From the human T2T-CHM13v2.0 reference genome, Homo sapiens, in the NCBI RefSeq assembly GCF_009914755.1, contig NC_060947.1: a DNA stretch of 64,000 bases, one strand, 5' to 3'. The notes below the pieces were generated by a model, which searched no databases, had not been told where the DNA came from, and was given only the letters and a program-made list of their open reading frames with translations. Below are positions 32,301 through 58,537 of the stretch, one piece after another. The first letter of the stretch is position 1; the number at the start of each line of letters is the position of its first letter. The position numbers and the translations under genes are program-made.

Positions 32301-33317
32301 TGGCCCCACCTGCCACATGATTCTTTCTATACTACTGCAGCTGATGCACTCTTGAAAGTGCCCCCTCCTGGCTGGAAGACAACCAACACAAAAACAGTGC
32401 ACTTAACAAAAAATGAAACCAAGGACCCTCACAGAGTCCACTTCACTCCATTGCTACCTCCAACAGAGCAGGTGCTGGTATCCATGGCTTTAAGACTTGA
32501 AGACAGATCATATTACAAGACTCTTTGCAGATGCTTTCCAGTAGCAGCCTGGAGACTAGTAGCTCCACTGGGTGGCTAGATCCAGAAGAGAAATAGCAGT
32601 CGCTGCAGTTTGGCTCTCAAGAAGCTCCATCTCTAGGGGAAAAGGTAAAGCACCATATCAAGGGAGCATGCCATGAGACAAAAGAATCTGAACAGTAGCA
32701 CTTGAGCCCCAGATCTTCCCTCTGACATAGTCTACCCAAATGAGAAGAAACCAGAAAAACAGTTCTGGTAATATGACAAAACAAGGTTCTTTAACTCCCT
32801 CAAAAGATTACACTAGCTCACCAGCAATGTGTCCAAACCGAATTGCCAAAAAAAGAATTCAGAAGGTCAACTATTAAGCTAATCAAAGAGGCACCAAAGA
32901 AAAGTGAAGTCCAACTTAAATCAAAAAAATGATACAGGATATGAATGGGGAAAAGTCCAGTGAAATAGATAACATAAATTTAAAAAATCACAACTTCTGG
33001 AAATGAAGGACACACATAGAGAATTGTGAAATGCACTGTAAAGTCTCAGAAGTATAATTGAACAAGTAGAAGAAGGAACTTCAGAGCTCAAAGACAAGGC
33101 TTTTGAATTAACCCAGTCCAACAAAGACAAAAAGAATTGTAAAAAATGTAAAAAGCCTCCAAGAAGTTGGAGATTTTGTTAAATGACAAAGCTAAGAATA
33201 ATTGGTGTTCCAGAGGAAGAAAATAAGTGTAAAAGTTTGGAAAATGTATTTGAGGAAATAATAAAGGAAAACTTCTGCAGCATTGCTAGTGATCTAGACA
33301 TCCAAATACAAGAAGCA

Positions 33318-33325
33318 TACATACA

Positions 33326-33374
<49 letters not shown>
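33318..33374 (+). repeat. (CA)n microsatellite inside L1PB ORF1
   Basis: Read directly. Confidence 0.95.
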
Positions 33375-33378
<4 letters not shown>

Positions 33379-36125
33379 CACCTGGGAAATTTTTTGCAAA
33401 AAGATCATCACATAGGCACATAGTCATCAGCTTATCTAAATTCAAGATGAAGGAAAGAATTTTAACAGTTGTGAGGCAAATGTGTCAGATAAACTATACA
33501 GAAAAACCTATAAAATTAACCACAGATTTCTCAGCAGAAACCCTACAAGCTGAAAGGGATAGGGGTCCGATCTTTAGCCTCCTCAAACAAAACAATTATT
33601 AGCCAAGAATTTTGTATCCAGCAAAACTAAACTTCATAAATGAAGGAAAGATACAGTCCTTTTCAAAAAATGCTGACAGAATTCACCATTATGAAGCCAG
33701 CACTGCAGAACCTGCTAAAAGGAGCTCTAAATTTGGAAACAAATCATCAAAATACACCAAAACAGAATTTCCCTAAAGCATAAATTTCACAGTACCTATA
33801 AAACAACTACACAATGAAAAAAACCCAAGGTGCTGAGACAGCAAATAGCATAATGAATAGAATAAGACCTCACATCTCAATACTAACATTGAATGTAAAT
33901 GGCCTAAATGCTTCACTTAAAAGATACAGAATGGCCGAATGGATAAGAACCCACAAACCAAATATCTGCTGTCTTCAAGAGACTCACCTGACACATAAGG
34001 ACTCACATAAATTTAAAGAGGTGGAAAAGATATTTTATGCAAATGGACACCAAAAGGGAGCAGGAGTAGCTATTCTTATATCAGACAAAACAAAGTTTTA
34101 AGCAACAGCAGATAAAAAAGACATAGAGGGACATTATGTATTGATAAAAGGACTAGTTCAGCAGGAAACTATCACAATCCTAAATATATATGCACCTAAC
34201 GCTGGAACTCCCAAGTTTATAAAACAATTACTACTAGACATAAGAAATGTGATAGACAACAACAAAATAATAGTGTGGGTCTTCAGTATGCCACTGATAG
34301 CAGTAGACAGGTTATCAAGACAGAAAGTAAACAAAGGAACAATAGACTTAAATTATACCCTAGAAAAAATGGACTAAACAGATAGTGCAGAACATTCTAC
34401 CCAACAACTGCAGAATATACATTCTAATCATCAGCACATGGAACATTCTCCAAGACAGACCATATGATAGGCCACAAAACAAGTTTCAGTACATTTAAGG
34501 AAAATGAAATTATATCAAGTACTCTTTCAGACCACAGTGGAATAAAATTGAAAATCAATTCCAAAAGGAACCCTCAATACCATGCAAATACATGGAAATT
34601 AAATAACCTACCCTTGAATGATCCTTGGGTCAACAATAAAATCAAGATGGAAATTTAAAAAACTATTTGAACTGAATTATAATAGTGACACAACCTATCA
34701 AAACCTCTTGGATACAGCAAAAGGTGGTGCTAACAGGAAAGTTCATAGCATTAAATGCCTACATCAAAAAATCTGAAAAAGCAGAAATAGACAATCTCAG
34801 GTCACGTTTCAAGGAGCTAGAGAAACAAACCCAAATCTAGCAGAAGAAAATAAATAGTTAAGATTAGAGCCGAACTAAGTGAAATCGAAACAAACAAAAA
34901 ACTATACCAAAGATAAATAAAACAAAAAGCTGGTTCTTAGAAAAGATAAAATTGACAGACCATTCACAAAATTAACCAAGAAAAGAAGAGAGAAGTTCCA
35001 AATAAGCTCAATTAAATACAAAATGGGAGATAATACAACCAATATCACAGAATTATGAAAGATCATTCTAGGCTACTGTGAACACCTTTATGCACACAAA
35101 CTAGAAAACCTAGAGGAAATGGATAAATTTGTGGAAATATGCAACCCTCCTAAATTTAACCAAGAAGAAATAGAAACTCTGAACAGATCAATAACAAGGA
35201 GCAAGATTGAAATTTTAATTAAAAAAAAATTACCAACAAAAAAAAATCCAGGACTAGATGGATTCACAGCTGAATTCTGTCAGGCATTCAAAGAAGAATT
35301 GGTGCAAGTCCTGTTGACAATATTCCACAAGATATAAAAAAAAGGAAATCCTTTCTAAATCATTCTATGAAACCAGTATCACCCTGATACCAAAACCAGG
35401 AAATGACATAACAAAAGAAAAAAAAAATTACAGACCAATATTCCTGATGAACATAGATAGAAAAATCTTTCAACAAAATACAAGCTAACCAAAGCTACTA
35501 GCATACCAAAAAGATAATCCACCATGATCAAGTGGGTTTTATATCAGGGACACAGGAGTAGTTTAATATCTGCAAGTCAATAAATGTAATACACCACATA
35601 AACAGAATTAAAAACAAAACTCACATGATCATCTCAATAGATGCAGAAAAAGCATTTTACAAAATCCAGCATCACTTTATGATTAAAACCCTCAGCAGCA
35701 GCAGCATAGAAGGGGCATACCTTATTGTAATAAAAGCCATCTATGACAAATCCACAGTTAACATGATTCTGAACAAGGTAAAGTTCAAAGCATTGCCTCT
35801 GAGAACCAGAACAAGACAAGGATGTTCACTTTTGCCACTTCTATTCAACACAGTAGTAGAAGTCCTAGACAGAGCAATCAGAAAAGAGAAAGAAATCAAT
35901 GGCATCCAAATCAGTAAATAGGAAGTCAAACTGTGACTATTTGCTGATGACATGTATTTAAAAATTCTAAAGACTTATCCAAAAAGCTTCTAAAGCTGAT
36001 AAATGAATTCAGCAAAGTTTTTCGATACAAAATTAATGTACACAAATCAGTAGACATGGTGTACACCAATAGCAACTAAGCTGAGAATAAATTCAAGAAT
36101 TCAACCCCTTTTACAATAGCTGCAA

Positions 36126-36126
<1 letters not shown>

Positions 36127-36174
<48 letters not shown>
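36127..36174 (+). repeat. (ATA)~16 trinucleotide microsatellite
   Basis: Read directly. Confidence 0.95.
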
Positions 36175-36177
<3 letters not shown>

Positions 36178-36758
36178 CACTTAGGAAATTACATAACCAA
36201 GGCTGTGAAAGACCTCTACATGGAAAAACTAAAAACACTATTGAAAGAAATCATAGATGACACAAAGAAATGGAAACATCCCATGCTCATGGATGGCTAG
36301 AATCAATATTGTGAAAATGACCATACTGCCAAAGGCAGTCTACAAATTCAGTGCAATTCACATCAAAATGCCAGCATCATTCTTTACAGAACTAGAAAAA
36401 AAAATCATCCTAAAATCCATATGGAACCAAAAAAGAGCCCACATAGCCAAAGCAAGACTAAGCAAAAAGAACAAATCTGGAGGCATCACATTACCTGACT
36501 TCAAACTATAGTATAAGGTTATAGTCACCAAAACAGCATGGTACTGGTATAAAAATAGGCACATAGACCAATGGAACAGAATAGAGAACCCAGAAATAAA
36601 GCCAAATACTTACAGCCAACTGATCTTTGACAAAGCAAACATAAACATAAAGTAGGGAAAGGACACCCTATTCAACAAATGGTATTGGGTAATTGGCAAG
36701 CCACAGGTAGAAGAATGAAACTGAATCCTAATCTCTCAATTTATACAAAAATCAACTT

Positions 36759-36835
36759 GGCCAGGCATTATGGATCACTGCAGATCACTGCACTCCAGCC
36801 TATGTGATAGAGGGAGACGCCGTCTTAAAAAAAAA
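36759..36835 (+). mobile_element. Alu reduced to its two ends (~77 bp)
   Basis: ggccaggcat start joined to cactgcactccagcct...A-tail; TSD aaaaatcaact. Confidence 0.8.
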
Positions 36836-37738
36836 AAAAATCAACTCAACACGGCTGAAGGAATTAAATCTAAGATCTGAAACTGTAAAAATTCTGGGAG
36901 ATAACATCAGAAAAACCATTTTAGGCATTGGCTTAGGCAAAGACTTCATGACCAAGAACCCAAAAGTAAATGCAACAAAGACAGATAAATAGATGGGACT
37001 TAATTAAATTGAAAAGCTTCAGCACAGCAAAAGAAATAATCAGCAAAGTTAATAGACAACCCACAGAGTGGGAGAAAGTTTTTGTAGTCTATACATCTAA
37101 CAATCAATGCTCAGACTCTACAAAGAACTCAAACAAATTAGCAAGAAGTAAACAAACAATACTATCAAAAAGTGGGCTAAAGACATGAAGAGACAGTTTT
37201 CAAAAGAAGATATAGAAATGGCCAACAAACATATGAAGAAATGCTCAACATCACTAATGATCAGGGAAATGCAAATCAAAACCACAATGTGATACCATCC
37301 TATTCCTTCAAGATCGGCCATAATCACAAAATCAAAAAGTACTAGATGTTATTGTGACATGGATATGATGATGAGGGAATGTAAACTCATACAACCACTA
37401 TGGAAAACAGAGTGGAAATTCCTTAAAGAACTAAAAGTAGATCTACCATTTGATCCAGCAATCCCACTCCTGGGTATCGACCGAGAGGAAAAGAAGTCAT
37501 TATATGAAAAAGATATTTGCACATGCATATTTATAGCAGCACAATTCACAATTGCAAAAATATGGAACCAGACCAAATGCCCATCAGTCAATGAAGGTGT
37601 AAAGAAACTGTGGTATTTATATACAATGGAATATTACTCTGCCATAAAAAGGAATGAAAGAGTGGAATTCACAGCATCCTGGATGGAATTGCAGATTATT
37701 ATTTTAAGTGAAGTAAATCAAGAATGGAAAACCAAACA

Positions 37739-38359
37739 TCATATGTTCTCATAAGGGAGAGCTAAGCTATGAGGATGCAAAGACATAGGAATGATACAAT
37801 TGCCTTTGAGTACTCGGGAAAGGGTCTGAAGATAGGGATAAAAAACTATGAGTTGGGTACAGTCTACACTGCTTGGGTGATGGGTTCCCCAAAATCTCTG
37901 AAATCGGGGGAGGGAGCCAAGATGGCCGAATAGGAACAGGTCTGGTCTACAGCTCCCAGCATGAGCAACGCAGAAGATGTGTGACTTCTGCATTTCCATC
38001 TGAAGTACCGGGTTCATCTCACTAGGGAGTGCCAGACAGTGGGCGCAGGACAGTGGGTGCAGTGCACCGTGCATGAGCCAAAGCAGGGCGAGGCATTGCC
38101 TCACTCGGGAAGCACAAGGGGTCGGGGAGTTCCCTTTCCTAGTCAAAGAAAGGGGTGACAGATGGCACCTGGAAAATCGGGTCACTCCCACCCTGATACT
38201 GCACTTTTCCGACGGGCTTAAAAAACGGCACACCAGGAGATTATATCCCGCACATGACTCAGAGGGTCCTAGGCCCATGGAGTCTCGCTGATTGCTAGCA
38301 CAACAGTCTGAGATCAAACTACAAGGTGGCAGCGAGGCTGGGGGAAGGGTGCCCGCCAT
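37739..38359 (-). CDS. ORF0: L1 ORF0 (antisense), open and extended to 206 codons
   Basis: ATG at 38359; MAGTLPPASLPPCSLISDCCASNQRDS matches the ORF0 N-terminus. Expression is unknown. Confidence 0.55.
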   Translation of the reverse strand: MAGTLPPASLPPCSLISDCCASNQRDSMGLGPSESCAGYNLLVCRFLSPSEKCSIRVGVTRFSRCHLSPLSLTRKGNSPTPCASRVRQCLALLWLMHGALHPLSCAHCLALPSEMNPVLQMEMQKSHIFCVAHAGSCRPDLFLFGHLGSLPRFQRFWGTHHPSSVDCTQLIVFYPYLQTLSRVLKGNCIIPMSLHPHSLALPYENI

Positions 38360-38940
38360 TGCCAAGGCTTGCTTAGGTAAACAAAGCAGCCGGGAAGCTC
38401 AAACTGGGTGGAGCCCACCACAGCTCAAGGAGGCCTGCCTGCCTCTGTAGGCTCCAACTCTGGGGGAGGGCACAGACAAACAAAAAGACAGCAGTAACCT
38501 CTGCAGACTTAAATGTCCCTGTCTGACAGAGTTGAAGACAGCAGTGGTTCTCCCATCATGCAGCTGGAGATCTGAGAATGGGTAGACTGCCTCCTCAAGT
38601 GGGTCCCTGACCCCTGACCCCCGAGCAGCCTAACTGGGAGGCACCCCCCAGTAGGGGCAGACTGACAACTCACACGACCAGGTACTCCTCTGAGACAAAA
38701 CTTCCAGAGGAATGATCAGACAGCAGCATTCGCGGTTCACGAAAATCTGCTGTTCTGCAGCCACTGCTGCTGACACCCAGGCAAACAGGGTCTGGAGTGG
38801 ACCTCCAGCAAACTCCAACAGACCTGCAGCTGAGGGTCCTGTCTGTTAAAAGGAAAACTAACAAACAGAAAAGACATCCACACCAAAAACCATGTGTACA
38901 TCACCATCATCAAAGACCAACAGTAGATAAAACCACAAAG
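37906..38940 (+). promoter_or_regulatory. L1 5'UTR with internal sense/antisense promoter, YY1 site (37916-37928) and the ~129-bp segment lost in L1PA2/L1HS (~38685-38816)
   Basis: caagatggcc YY1 motif; extra sequence between ggtactcc and aacagacctgcag relative to L1HS. Confidence 0.8.
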
Positions 38941-39953
38941 ACGGGGAAAAAACAGAGCAGAAAAACTGGAAACTCTAAAAAGCAGAGCGTCTCTCCTCCT
39001 CCAAAGGAACGCAGTTCCTCACCAGCAATGGAGCAAAGCTGGACGGAGAATGACTTTGACGAGTTGAGAGAAGAAGGCTTCAGACGATCAAACTACTCCA
39101 AGCTACAGAAGGAAATTCAAACCAAAGGCAAAGAAGTTAAAAACTTTGAAAAAAATTTAGACAAATGTATAACTAGAATAACCAATACAGAGAAGTCCTT
39201 AAAGGAGGTGATGGAGCTGAAAGCCAAGGCTCGAGAACTACATGAAGAATGCAGAAGCCTCAGGAGCCGATGTGATCAACTGGAAGAAAGGGTATCAGTC
39301 ATGGAAGATGAAATGAATGAAATGAAGTGAGAAGGGAAGTTTAGAGAAAAAAGAACAAAAAGAAACGAACAAAGCCTCCAAGAAATATGGGACTTTGTGA
39401 AAAGACCAAATCTACGTCTGATTGGTGTAACTGAAAGTGACGGGTAGAATGGAACCAAGTTGGAAAACACTCTGCAGGATATTATCCAGGAGAACTTCCC
39501 CAATCTAGCAAGGAAGGCCAACATTCAGATTCAGGAAATACAGAGAACGCCACAAAGATGCTCCTCAAGAAGAGCAACTCCAAGACACATAATTGTCAGA
39601 TTCACCAAAGATGAAATGAAGGAAAAAATGTTAAGGGCAGCCAGAGAGAAAGGTCGGGTTACCCACAAAGGGAAGCCCATCAGACTAAGAGGAGATCTCT
39701 CGGCAGAAAATCTACAAGCCAGAAGAGAGTGGGGGCCAATATTCAACATTCTTAAAAGAATTTTCAACCCAGAATTTCATATCCAGCCAAACTAAGCTTC
39801 ATAAGTGAAGGAGAAATAAAATCCTTTACAGACAAGCAAATGCTGAGAGATTTTGTCACCACCAGGCCTGCCCTAAAAGAGCGCCTGAAGGAAGCAATAA
39901 ACATGGAAAGGAACAACCGGTACCAGCCACTGCAAAATCATGCCAAATTGTAA
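38941..39953 (+). pseudogene. L1PA4 ORF1, disabled
   Basis: Start codon ATG>ACG at 38941, TGA at 39328, TAG near 39445, frameshift near 39755. Confidence 0.9.
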
Positions 39954-40026
39954 AGACCGTCAAGGCTAGGAAGAAACTGCGTCAACCTGCGTCAACTAAT
40001 GAGCAAAATAACCAGCTAACATCATA

Positions 40027-43855
<3,829 letters not shown>

Positions 43856-44520
43856 ATGAGCTCACATGGACGCAGGAAGGGGAACATCACACTCTGGGGA
43901 CTGTTGTGGGATGGGGGGAAGGGGGAGGGATAGCATTAGGAGATATACCTAATGCTAAATGACGAGTTAATGGGTGCAGCACACCAGCATGGCACATGTA
44001 TACATTTGTAACTAACCTGCACATTGTGCACATGTACCCTAAAACTTAAAGTATGATATTAATTAAAAAAAATATACGAAATCACCAGTAAAGGACTTAT
44101 TCATATAAACAAACATCACCTTTCCCCCAGCGCCAAAAAAAAAAAAAAACGAATTGAAATTTTAAAAAGCATAGAAAAAAATTCTAGCCTAAATATTATA
44201 TTCAGCGTTTTTCTTCAAACATGAAAGAGAAGTAATGATTTCCCCAGACAAACAAAACCTATGGATTTGTATCAACATCAGACCTTTATTATAGGAAAAT
44301 GCTTAAGGGAATTCTGGAGTCTGAAAGAAAAGGATGCTAATGAACATCAAAAATTTTTCTGAAGGTATAAACTCATTATCAAAAGTAACTACACAGTCCA
44401 AGATAGACTACTTTAACGCTGTAATTTTGGTGTGTCAACCACTTCTATCTTTAGTATGAAGACTTAAGGATAAACCTATTTGAGATAATAACTTTAACAA
44501 TTTGTTAAAAGGTAAGCAAT

Positions 44521-45990
<1,470 letters not shown>

Positions 45991-48221
45991 TTAGTATTTT
46001 CATTACTTGTTATTTTGCTTTTCATTGTGATCAAAGTTATCCTCGGTTTAAAATAATTGCTTATAACGTGTTATTTGCAAGCCTCATGGTATTCACAAAG
46101 CAAAAATTATAATAAATTCACAGAAAACAAAAAGCAAGAAATTAAAACATACTACCAGAGAAAATCACTTATACATAAAGGAGGACAAGAAGGAAGGAAG
46201 AGAGTGCTAACAAAGCTACACTAAAACAAATAACAAAATAGTGGTAGTAAGTCCTTACATATCAATATTAACATTGAATGTAAATGGACTAAATTATCCA
46301 ACAAAAAGACATAGAGTGGCTGAATGGATGGAAAAAAAAAAGACTCGACTATATGCTGTCTAGAAGAAACTTACTTCACCTGTAAAGATGTATATAGTCT
46401 GAAAATTAAGGATGGAAAAACATATTCCCTGCAAATAGAAACCAGAAATGAGGAGGAGCAGCTATACTTACATCAGAAAAAAATAGTTTTTATGCCAAAA
46501 ATATTAAAAAAGACAAGGATGTGATTTATATAATGATAAGGGGGTCAAGTTAGCAAGAAGATATAACAATTGTAAATATTTATGTGCCCAACACTGGAGC
46601 ACACAGATGTTTAAAGCAAATATTATCTATGCTAAAGAGAGAGATATATACCACAATACAATTACAGTGGGGGACATTGAATCCCCTCTTTCAGCACTGG
46701 ATAGATCATGTAGACAAAAAATTAGCAAAGAAACATTGGACTTAATCTGGAGTATAGACCAAATGGGCCAAATAGACATTTACGGAACATTTTATCCAAC
46801 AGCTACAGAATACACACTTGTCTCTTCAGTATATGAAACATTCTCAAGGATAGGCTATATGTTAGGCCACAAAGCAAGTCTTAAGTAATTCAAAAAAATT
46901 GAAATCATATTAAATATCTTTTGTGACTACAATGGAATAAAACTACAAATCAATAATAAGAAGAACTTTGGAAATTATACAGATATTTGGAAATTAAACA
47001 AATGTGCTCCTGAATGACCATTGGGCCAATGAAGAAATTAAGAAGAAAATTAAAAAAAAAAAAATCAACAATGAAAATTAAAACAAAACATACCAAAACT
47101 TATGGGATATGGAAAAAGCAGTACTAAGACGGACATTTATAACAATAAACATCTACATATTAAAATGTAAACTTCAAATAAACAACCTAGTAGTGCATTT
47201 TAAAGAACTAGAAAAAGGACAGCAAAGCAAACCCAAAGTTAGTAGAAGAAATAATAACATCAAAAAAGAAATAAAGGAAATTGAGACAAAAAATAGGATA
47301 AATGGAATGAAAACTTGTTTTCTCAAAAGATAAACAAATTGATAAAATTTTCACCAGACTATGAAAAACAGGGAAGACAAAAATAAAACGAGAGACAAAA
47401 AAAGAGACATTACAGCGGATACCACAGAAATTGAAAGCATCATGAGAGAGTATTATCAACCCAATTATTTAAAGAAGAACTAATATCAATCCTTTTCAGA
47501 CTATTCTGAGAAGGGACTAATTCTAAATTCATTCTTCAAGTACAGTATTACCCTGATGCTAAGACCGGACAAAAACAACACAAACAAACAAACAAAACTG
47601 CAGGCCAAGATCTCTGATGAATATGCATACAAAAATACTAGCAAACTCAACTCAAACCACATGAAAAAGATTATCCATCATCATGTAGTGGAATTCATTT
47701 CAGGGATTCAAAGATGGTTCAGCATATGCAAATCAATAAGTGTGATGCATCACATCAACAGAATAAGGGACAAAAAACATATGGTCATTCCAATATATGC
47801 CAAATAAATACTTGATAAAATTCAACATTTCTTCATGATAAAAACTCTTTAAAGAACTTGGTACAGAAGGAACATACCACCATATGATAAACTCAATATA
47901 TAACAAACCCACAACTAGTATCATACCGAATGGGGAAAAACTGAAAGCCTTTTCTTTAAGATCTGGAGCAAGACAAGGATCCCCACTTTCACCACTATTA
48001 TTCAACATAGTATTGAAAGTCCTAGCCACAGCAGTTAGGCAAGAGAAATAAACACAAGGTATTTAATTTGGAAAGCAGGACGTCAAATTATTTTTGTTTT
48101 CAGATAGTATGATTTCATATTTAGAAAAATCTAAGGACTCTACCAAAAGAATAATAAAAAAAGAAGTCTATTAGAACTGACAAAACCAGTAAAGTTGCAG
48201 TATACAAAATCAGTAGCATTT

Positions 48222-55845
<7,624 letters not shown>

Positions 55846-57985
55846 AAGTCAGTAGCATTTCATAAACCAATAGTGAACAGTCAGAAAAACCAAGAAATTA
55901 ATTTCATTTACAATAACCACAAATAAAATAAAGTACCTAGAAATAAACGTAATCAAAGAAATGAGAGATCTCTATAATGAAAAGTATAAAACAATGAACA
56001 AAATTAAAGAGGACATAAAAATGGAAATATTCTGTGTTAACAGATTGGAAGTATCAATGTTGTTAATATGTCCATACCATCCAAAGTGATCTACAAATTT
56101 AATGCAGTTTCTGTCAAAATACCAATGACATTTTTTGCAAATATTAAAAGATCCTGAAATTTATATGGAATCACAGGGACCCAAAATATCCAGACCAATC
56201 CTGAGCAAAAAGAACAAAGCTGGAAGCATCATATTACCTAACTTCAAATTATACTACAAAGGTATAGTACCCAAAACATCATGATGCTGTCATAAAAGCA
56301 TACACATAGACTAATGGAATAGTTTATACAAACCCAGAAATAAATCCACACATTTGCAGTCAACTCATTTTTGCCAAAGGTTTCAAGAACATATTTGAGA
56401 AAGGACCATTTCTTCAATACATGTTTCTGGGAAACTTAGATGTCCACATGCAGAAGAAAGAAAATAGTCTCCCGTCTCTTGCCATATATGAAAATCAAAT
56501 CACAATGGATAAAAGACTTAAATGTAAAACCAGGAACTATAAAACTAGAAGAAAACACTGGGGCAATTCCCCAGTATGTCAGTCTGGGCAAAGATGTTTT
56601 GAGTAAGACCCAAAAAGCACAGGCAATCAAATTATAAATGGACAATTGGTACCACATCAAGGTATTAAGCTTCTGCACAGCAATGGAAACAATCAACGAA
56701 CTGAAGAGATAAAACAGAATTGGAGAAAATATATGCACACTATAAAACTGACAATGGATTAATAACCAGAATATGTAAGAAACTCAATAGGAAGAACAAT
56801 AAATGTTCTGTTTTACAAATGGGTGAAAGATCTGAATACACATTTGTCAAAAGAAGACATAGAAATGACCAAGAAGTATATGAAAAATGTTCAACATCAC
56901 TATTTATCACAGAAATGCAAATGAAACCCACAATGATATATTATCTTACTCCAGTTAGAATGTTTTTTATCAAGAAGACAAAAAAATAACAAGAGATGCT
57001 GGCAAGGATGCAGAGAAATGGGGAACTGTGTACATTCTTTGTGGGAATGTAAATTAGTATAGCCACTGTGGAAAAGAGTATAGAAGGTCATCAAAAAACT
57101 AAAAATAGAATTATCATATCATTCAGCAATCCTACAATTGGGAATATATTCAAAAGGATGAAAATCAGTATATTCAAGAGATATCTGCACTTCTATGTTT
57201 ATTGCAGCACTTTTCACAATATCCAAGATACGGAATCAACCTAAGTGTCTATCAATGGATAAATGGATAAAGAAAATGTGTCAAAAATACACAATGGAAT
57301 ATTATTCAGCAATAAATATAATGAAGTTTTTTTTTATTTTCAGCAACATGGATGGAATTAGAGGACATTATATTAAACAAAGTTAGCCAGGAACAGAAAG
57401 TCAGATACTACTTATTGTTGCTCATATGTTGGAGCTAATACAAAATTAAACCCATTGAGACAGAGAGCAGAATGATGCCTACCATAGGCTGGAAATAGCA
57501 GCAGGAAGGAGTTATAAAGAAAAATTTGTTAATGAGTACAAAAATATAGTTAGAGGGTAAAAGACCTAGTGTCCAATAGCACAATAGCATGACTATAGTT
57601 AACAGTAATTTATTACCTATTTCAAAATAACTGGAAGAGTGGAATGGTACTATCCCTAACACAAAGAAATGATATATGTTTAAGATGATAGCTATCCCAG
57701 TTACCCTGATTTGGTCATTATACGTTGTATACTTGTATCAAAATATCAAATATACCCCCAAAATATTTATGGCTATTATGTATCCATAACAGTTAAAAAA
57801 AATTAAAAATACAAATAATGGTAATCAAAGATCACCATAACAGATGTAATGATAATGAAAAAATATCGTGAGAATTACCGAAACATAACACAGAAACATG
57901 AAGTGAGCATATGCTCTTGGAAAAATGGATCCAATAGACTTGCTCATCACAGAGTTGCCACAATACTTAATTCATTAAAAAAAAG

Positions 57986-58274
57986 TGCTAGGTGTGGTGG
58001 CTCACAACTGTAATCCCAGTACCTTGGGAGGCTGAGGCAGAAGGATCGCTTGAGCTCTGGAGTTTGAGACCAGCCCGGGTAACATAGGTTCTGTTTGTAC
58101 AAGAAAACAAAATAGCCAGGTGTGGTGGTGTGCACCTGTGGTCTCGAGAGGCTGAAGCAGGAGAATTGCTTGAGCCTGGGAAATTGAGGCTGCAGTGGAC
58201 CATGACTGCACTGCTGCACACCAGACTCTGTGACAGAACAATACCTTGCCAAAAAAAAAAAAAAAAAAAAAAAA
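57986..58274 (+). mobile_element. AluJ-like element inside Tigger1
   Basis: ggatcgcttgagctctggagtttgagaccagc, followed by a long poly(A). Confidence 0.88.
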
Positions 58275-58537
58275 GAAAACGCAAATTGTTTGAAGTGCTA
58301 TAAAGCAAATTATGATAAAACAAGGTATGTCTGTATTGTAGATTATAGTTTGTAATACTTATTATGTATGTTCGATTAAGAAATGACAACAAAGTGCAAA
58401 CTTTTCAGTGTTTTACCATGATACCTGATACGGTTACAAAGCTCAGTCTTTAGGATAGCTATCTTAGGGTCTTCATTTGAAGTCTTTTATCTCTTTCCTA
58501 TTGGTTACAGTTGCCTGAAATATGACATATTGATACG

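Noticed and set aside
33183-33602. ORF with a His-Thr repeat
   Set aside because: This is a (CA)n microsatellite in frame within a decayed L1PB ORF1, not a metal-binding protein.
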